A stretch of 64,000 bases of DNA from Polyangiaceae bacterium (GTDB lineage Bacteria; Myxococcota_A; Polyangia; Polyangiales; Polyangiaceae). Below the pieces are notes generated by a model. It had not been told where the DNA came from. It searched no databases and saw only the letters and a program-made list of their open reading frames with translations. A program made the position numbers and the translations under genes. This document shows, one piece after another, positions 60,510-64,000 of the stretch. Within the stretch, counting starts at the first letter, position 1, and every line of letters begins with the position of its first letter. The stretch is taken from NCBI GenBank assembly GCA_050287085.1, contig JBNKBE010000009.1:64001-128000 (forward strand), in the 5' to 3' direction.

Positions 60510-63185
60510 CTACGGAAGGGTTAGCGTGAGCGGGAGCGGCGCCTCTTGCCCGTGCCTTTGGACGAGGACTCCGAGCTGCCGGCCACTTTTTAGCGCAAAG
60601 TGTCCCAGCTCGAAGTCGAACGTCGTCGGATCGGCGATCGGTCGCCCATCGAGTGCGACAACGCGGTCACCCGCGCGCAGCCCCGCCAGCGCGGCTGGCG
60701 AGTTGGCTAGCACCTGAGCGATCTGCGCGCCTGGCTCCAGCCCGAGCGCATAGTCAAAGACAGCCCCCAACATATTCCCCCGCACTGCAAAGTCCCCTGG
60801 AGGTAGCGCGGGGGCATCGCTGTCAAAGCGCGGGGCCGCTTCTGTCGCTAAGCGCCCTACCAGCTCGAGCGCAAGCTGGACCACGCGGGCGGCGCCGCCG
60901 GTATTCAACCAAGTGCCCGCACCCGCCGAGGGGTGCAGCTGCTGGCGAAGCTGCGGGGGAGAACCCGTGAAGACGTGCAGCGCTGGCACGCCGCGACGGA
61001 CGAAGGGCAGGAAGTCACTCACGTCCAGCGCCGCACGATTGTCCAGACAGTGCAGCCGCACCGTTCGACACGCCTCTTGGACCACACGCCGCAGTTGATT
61101 CGACGTCTCTAAACCGGAGATCAGAAGCTCCGCATCGTGCATTCGTCCCACATGGTCGAAGTCCAACATGACAGCCGGAAGCGTTTCCATGCGACGGGCC
61201 AGCGCGTTCGAGCCAAGTAGCCCCCCGCTCTCGCCGTTGACCACGGCAAGAACGATGTCGCGAGGCCGGCTGGGTTCCTGCGCGAGTTGTCTTGCCACTT
61301 CGAGCAGTAGGGCGAGCCCCGAAAGACCGTCGTCCTCCGCGGAAGCCACACGCGCTTCCCCCGGCGGCACGACCACCGCGTGCCCGAGGCGAGCCCCCAG
61401 CAGCAACGGTGCCTTGTGGGCACTCCCGGTGCGAGGCAACAGCGCCACCAGGTTATCGCCCTCCGGCGGGCGCCGCAGACCCCGCACGTCGATTTCAGCG
61501 ATGGCCAGCTTGCCTTGCGCAAGTCGGTCGCGTGCGACCAGGAGAGTCTCCCTGCGCACGGCAATCGCCATGAGCGGCAGCGGAATGGCCGATTGCATCG
61601 CAGACGAAGGCAATGAGGCCTCCCTGCTCCCGCTGTCGGCTTCGTCAAAGAACACCACCGCGCGTGCACCGGCGCGGTAAGCTAGCTCCGCCTTGGCTCG
61701 CAGATCGCTCAGTCGCCGCACCTCGGCTAGGTCAGCCGAGGCGAGCTCTGGGGGCAGGAAGCGGCGCACGAGTGCGATCCTGTCTCTCAGATCCTTGCCC
61801 GCGAAGTCGTCGCGCCCCAGTTCGGGGCGCGAGATGCCATAGCCTGCGTCTACCAGAGGAGCACGCACCACACCTTCCGAAGAAAACGGGAGTGCGGCTA
61901 CGTCCGCGGCCCGCTGCGCCATTCCGACAAAGCGCACACCGGATGCCACCGGATGAACGCCTCCGCCCTCTTCGATTGATTGGTGGTAGGGGCCAACCCT
62001 AGCGTCCCCATTGGGAGGACAGGGGGCCTGAGTACAACGCTGAGCCCATGACCGCAGACCGAGAGCGACAAAACGTTGCTCGACATATGCTGCGACCGCA
62101 TCACGACCGCCACCCTGGACGTCACCACCAGATCCGCCTGCCTCCCTTAGCGCAACAACGTCGGCGGCGATGCGACTCGCCGGATCGTTGCCGCTTGGCT
62201 TCGGCCTCCACGGCACGACGTAGACGTCACCCCGCGCCCCGTTTCCGGAGACGAACGCGAGACTTCCGCCGTCCGGGCTCACGGCAGGAGACCACGCGCT
62301 GCGGTGCGCGCCGGATGAAACGCGCGCTAGGCCCGAACCGTCAGCGCGAATCACTCGCAAGTCGGACCTGACGCCGAGCTCATCGCGGTGGACTCCAAAC
62401 ACGATCAGGTCTCCGCTCGGATCGAATGTTGGGTACGAGCTCCAAGCTCCGAGAAACGTCAGTTGACGCCTTTGGCCTCCGTATCCGTCTGCAACAAAGA
62501 GCTCCTGACTCTGTTTCGAATCGGTGGCCGCGACGGTAGTCCCAACCCATACCAGTCGCTCACACTTCGGACCAAAGCGTGCCTGGCCGTCGTAGCCCGG
62601 TCGCTCCGTCAGTCGAAGCAAGTTGCCGGACTGCGGCCAGTAACGATAGAGCTCCGGATCTCCGCTTCGGCTAGAGGTAAATACGATGCTGCCATCCAGC
62701 GGACAGCTTGTAGGCTCACCATCAAACCCGCGCTCGTCAGCCAGAAGCGGGTGCAGTCGAGGTCCAGAAGGCTCTGTTGCCTGTCCCGCTTCCGATGTTC
62801 GATACACGAATAGGGAGCTCTCAAACGAGGGCGGAACTATCCCTGGCGCAAGAGGCAAAGGACACCCTTCGGCCGGCGAAGACAACACCCACCCGGACTT
62901 CCACGGCTGGATTCCCGACGCGCCGAATGCGCTCTGCCAACGAGTTCGTCCGTCGGACCCCGAGACCACGGCGTAGGGGCAAGCGCCCAGAGGGTGCTGC
63001 TCGACGAGCAAGACGCCAGGCGCCGGCCAGCTCACGCGCGTCGCCGAGCCTGTCGATGTTGTCGCCGCTGGTCCTTGTGCCAGCTCCAGGGTCGAAACAC
63101 AGCCCAAGAGCCAGGCTGCGAAAGCGCCGCTCAAGACTCCGATCCTGCAGCGATAACGCACTAGCCGTGCCAATCGTCCACTCAA
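60510..63185 (-). CDS. Lipoprotein with PD40/TolB-like propeller, PA domain, M28-like peptidase domain and PDZ
   Basis: LLGC; IVFTSSRSGDPELY, PGYDG, PAVSPDG; AGYGI..DDFAGKD; GLLGS; NSPAALAGLRAGD. Confidence 0.85.
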   Translation of the reverse strand: MSGRLARLVRYRCRIGVLSGAFAAWLLGCVSTLELAQGPAATTSTGSATRVSWPAPGVLLVEQHPLGACPYAVVSGSDGRTRWQSAFGASGIQPWKSGWVLSSPAEGCPLPLAPGIVPPSFESSLFVYRTSEAGQATEPSGPRLHPLLADERGFDGEPTSCPLDGSIVFTSSRSGDPELYRYWPQSGNLLRLTERPGYDGQARFGPKCERLVWVGTTVAATDSKQSQELFVADGYGGQRRQLTFLGAWSSYPTFDPSGDLIVFGVHRDELGVRSDLRVIRADGSGLARVSSGAHRSAWSPAVSPDGGSLAFVSGNGARGDVYVVPWRPKPSGNDPASRIAADVVALREAGGSGGDVQGGGRDAVAAYVEQRFVALGLRSWAQRCTQAPCPPNGDARVGPYHQSIEEGGGVHPVASGVRFVGMAQRAADVAALPFSSEGVVRAPLVDAGYGISRPELGRDDFAGKDLRDRIALVRRFLPPELASADLAEVRRLSDLRAKAELAYRAGARAVVFFDEADSGSREASLPSSAMQSAIPLPLMAIAVRRETLLVARDRLAQGKLAIAEIDVRGLRRPPEGDNLVALLPRTGSAHKAPLLLGARLGHAVVVPPGEARVASAEDDGLSGLALLLEVARQLAQEPSRPRDIVLAVVNGESGGLLGSNALARRMETLPAVMLDFDHVGRMHDAELLISGLETSNQLRRVVQEACRTVRLHCLDNRAALDVSDFLPFVRRGVPALHVFTGSPPQLRQQLHPSAGAGTWLNTGGAARVVQLALELVGRLATEAAPRFDSDAPALPPGDFAVRGNMLGAVFDYALGLEPGAQIAQVLANSPAALAGLRAGDRVVALDGRPIADPTTFDFELGHFALKSGRQLGVLVQRHGQEAPLPLTLTLP

Positions 63186-63976
63186 CGCAAACCGCGGATG
63201 AATTCGAGCGCACCTTCCACGCCCGTTTCGTCCAATTTCCGGAGCGTCTGCGAGCCAATCACCGCAATATCCACTTTGCCGCGCAGGAACTCCACGTCAT
63301 CGCGCCCCTTGACGCCGAATCCGAGCGCTAGCGGTAGGTCCGTAGCTTGTCGGGCGCGCGCCAGGTACGCTTCCAGATCGTGTGTAAAATGTGTATCAGC
63401 TCCGGTCACGCCCTTGCGTGCTACGCAGTAGATGAAGCCGCCCCCATATTCAGCGATCCGCCTTAGACGCTCCGCTGGCGTCGACGGCGCAAAGATAAAG
63501 ATCGGAGCGACCCCGGTGCTCGAACAGGCCCTCAGATACTCTTCGGCCTCTTCCGGTGGCAAGTCGGGCACAATGCACCCCTGGATCCCTATCGCCTGCG
63601 CCCGTTCGACAAAGCGCCCCACGCCATGACGGACTAGGATGTTGTAGTAGGTCATGAACAGGAAGGGGATGTCGAAACGCTGGGCCACGGCCTCCGCAAA
63701 CTCGAAGCACCGGTCCACCGTGGCCCCTTGCGCAAGCGATTGCTGATTGGCGTGAAGAATGACCGGGCCGTCCGCCATTGGATCCGAGAATGGGATCTGA
63801 AGCTCCATCAGGTCCACGCCGGCATCAACCATGCCTTCGATCAAGCGATAGCCCGAATCAAAGTCCGGATACCCGATGACAAGATGCGTCATCAACAGGA
63901 TTTCCTTCTCCGTTCGCTGGCGCCGCAGCCTGTCGCTGAGGATATGGCTCTGCTCCACAGGTCTAGGACTTTGCAC
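63182..63976 (-). CDS. trpA: Tryptophan synthase alpha subunit
   Basis: GYPD, ELQIPFSDPMADGPVI, MTYYN, VPDLPPEE, GVTG, LGFGV. Confidence 0.96.
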   Translation of the reverse strand: MQSPRPVEQSHILSDRLRRQRTEKEILLMTHLVIGYPDFDSGYRLIEGMVDAGVDLMELQIPFSDPMADGPVILHANQQSLAQGATVDRCFEFAEAVAQRFDIPFLFMTYYNILVRHGVGRFVERAQAIGIQGCIVPDLPPEEAEEYLRACSSTGVAPIFIFAPSTPAERLRRIAEYGGGFIYCVARKGVTGADTHFTHDLEAYLARARQATDLPLALGFGVKGRDDVEFLRGKVDIAVIGSQTLRKLDETGVEGALEFIRGLR

Positions 63977-64000
63977 GATACGCCTCCGCCTTCTGCTGGA
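63963..64000 (-). CDS. 3' end of an upstream gene, plausibly trpB (partial)
   Basis: Open frame QQKAEAYRAKS-TAG overlapping the trpA start; identity inferred from position only. Confidence 0.35.
   Translation of the reverse strand, partial: QQKAEAYRAKS

Overview
GC-rich bacterial chromosomal segment, most likely Myxococcota (Polyangiales-like). This is inferred from a MYXO-CTERM tail, a TIGR02266-type PilZ protein, Hanks-type Ser/Thr kinases, many Cys-rich lipoproteins and a multi-DsbA protein. About 50 densely packed CDSs are present. Housekeeping genes include lolA, ruvC, yhbY, orn, tcdA, sdhCAB, tatD, thrS, an RluA-family synthase, a DEAD-box helicase, manB and trpA. These are interspersed with envelope, secretion and signalling genes. 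No tRNA, rRNA, CRISPR array, transposase or integrase was recognised. The best leads are: (1) a signal-peptide leader ORF ending in SIFRPPKA directly upstream of a triple-DsbA gene, a candidate export/disulfide-monitoring arrest peptide; (2) an MBOAT acyltransferase overlapping a MYXO-CTERM protease gene; (3) four unrelated tandem duplications that all have an 18-bp period; (4) lolA coupled to a DUF2079 GT-C-like gene beside a mosaic RTX lipoprotein; (5) apparently degenerate enzyme domains in an M28 peptidase, a TapT C-terminal domain and a second kinase domain. All family calls are by motif recognition, not database search, and several start codons are uncertain.
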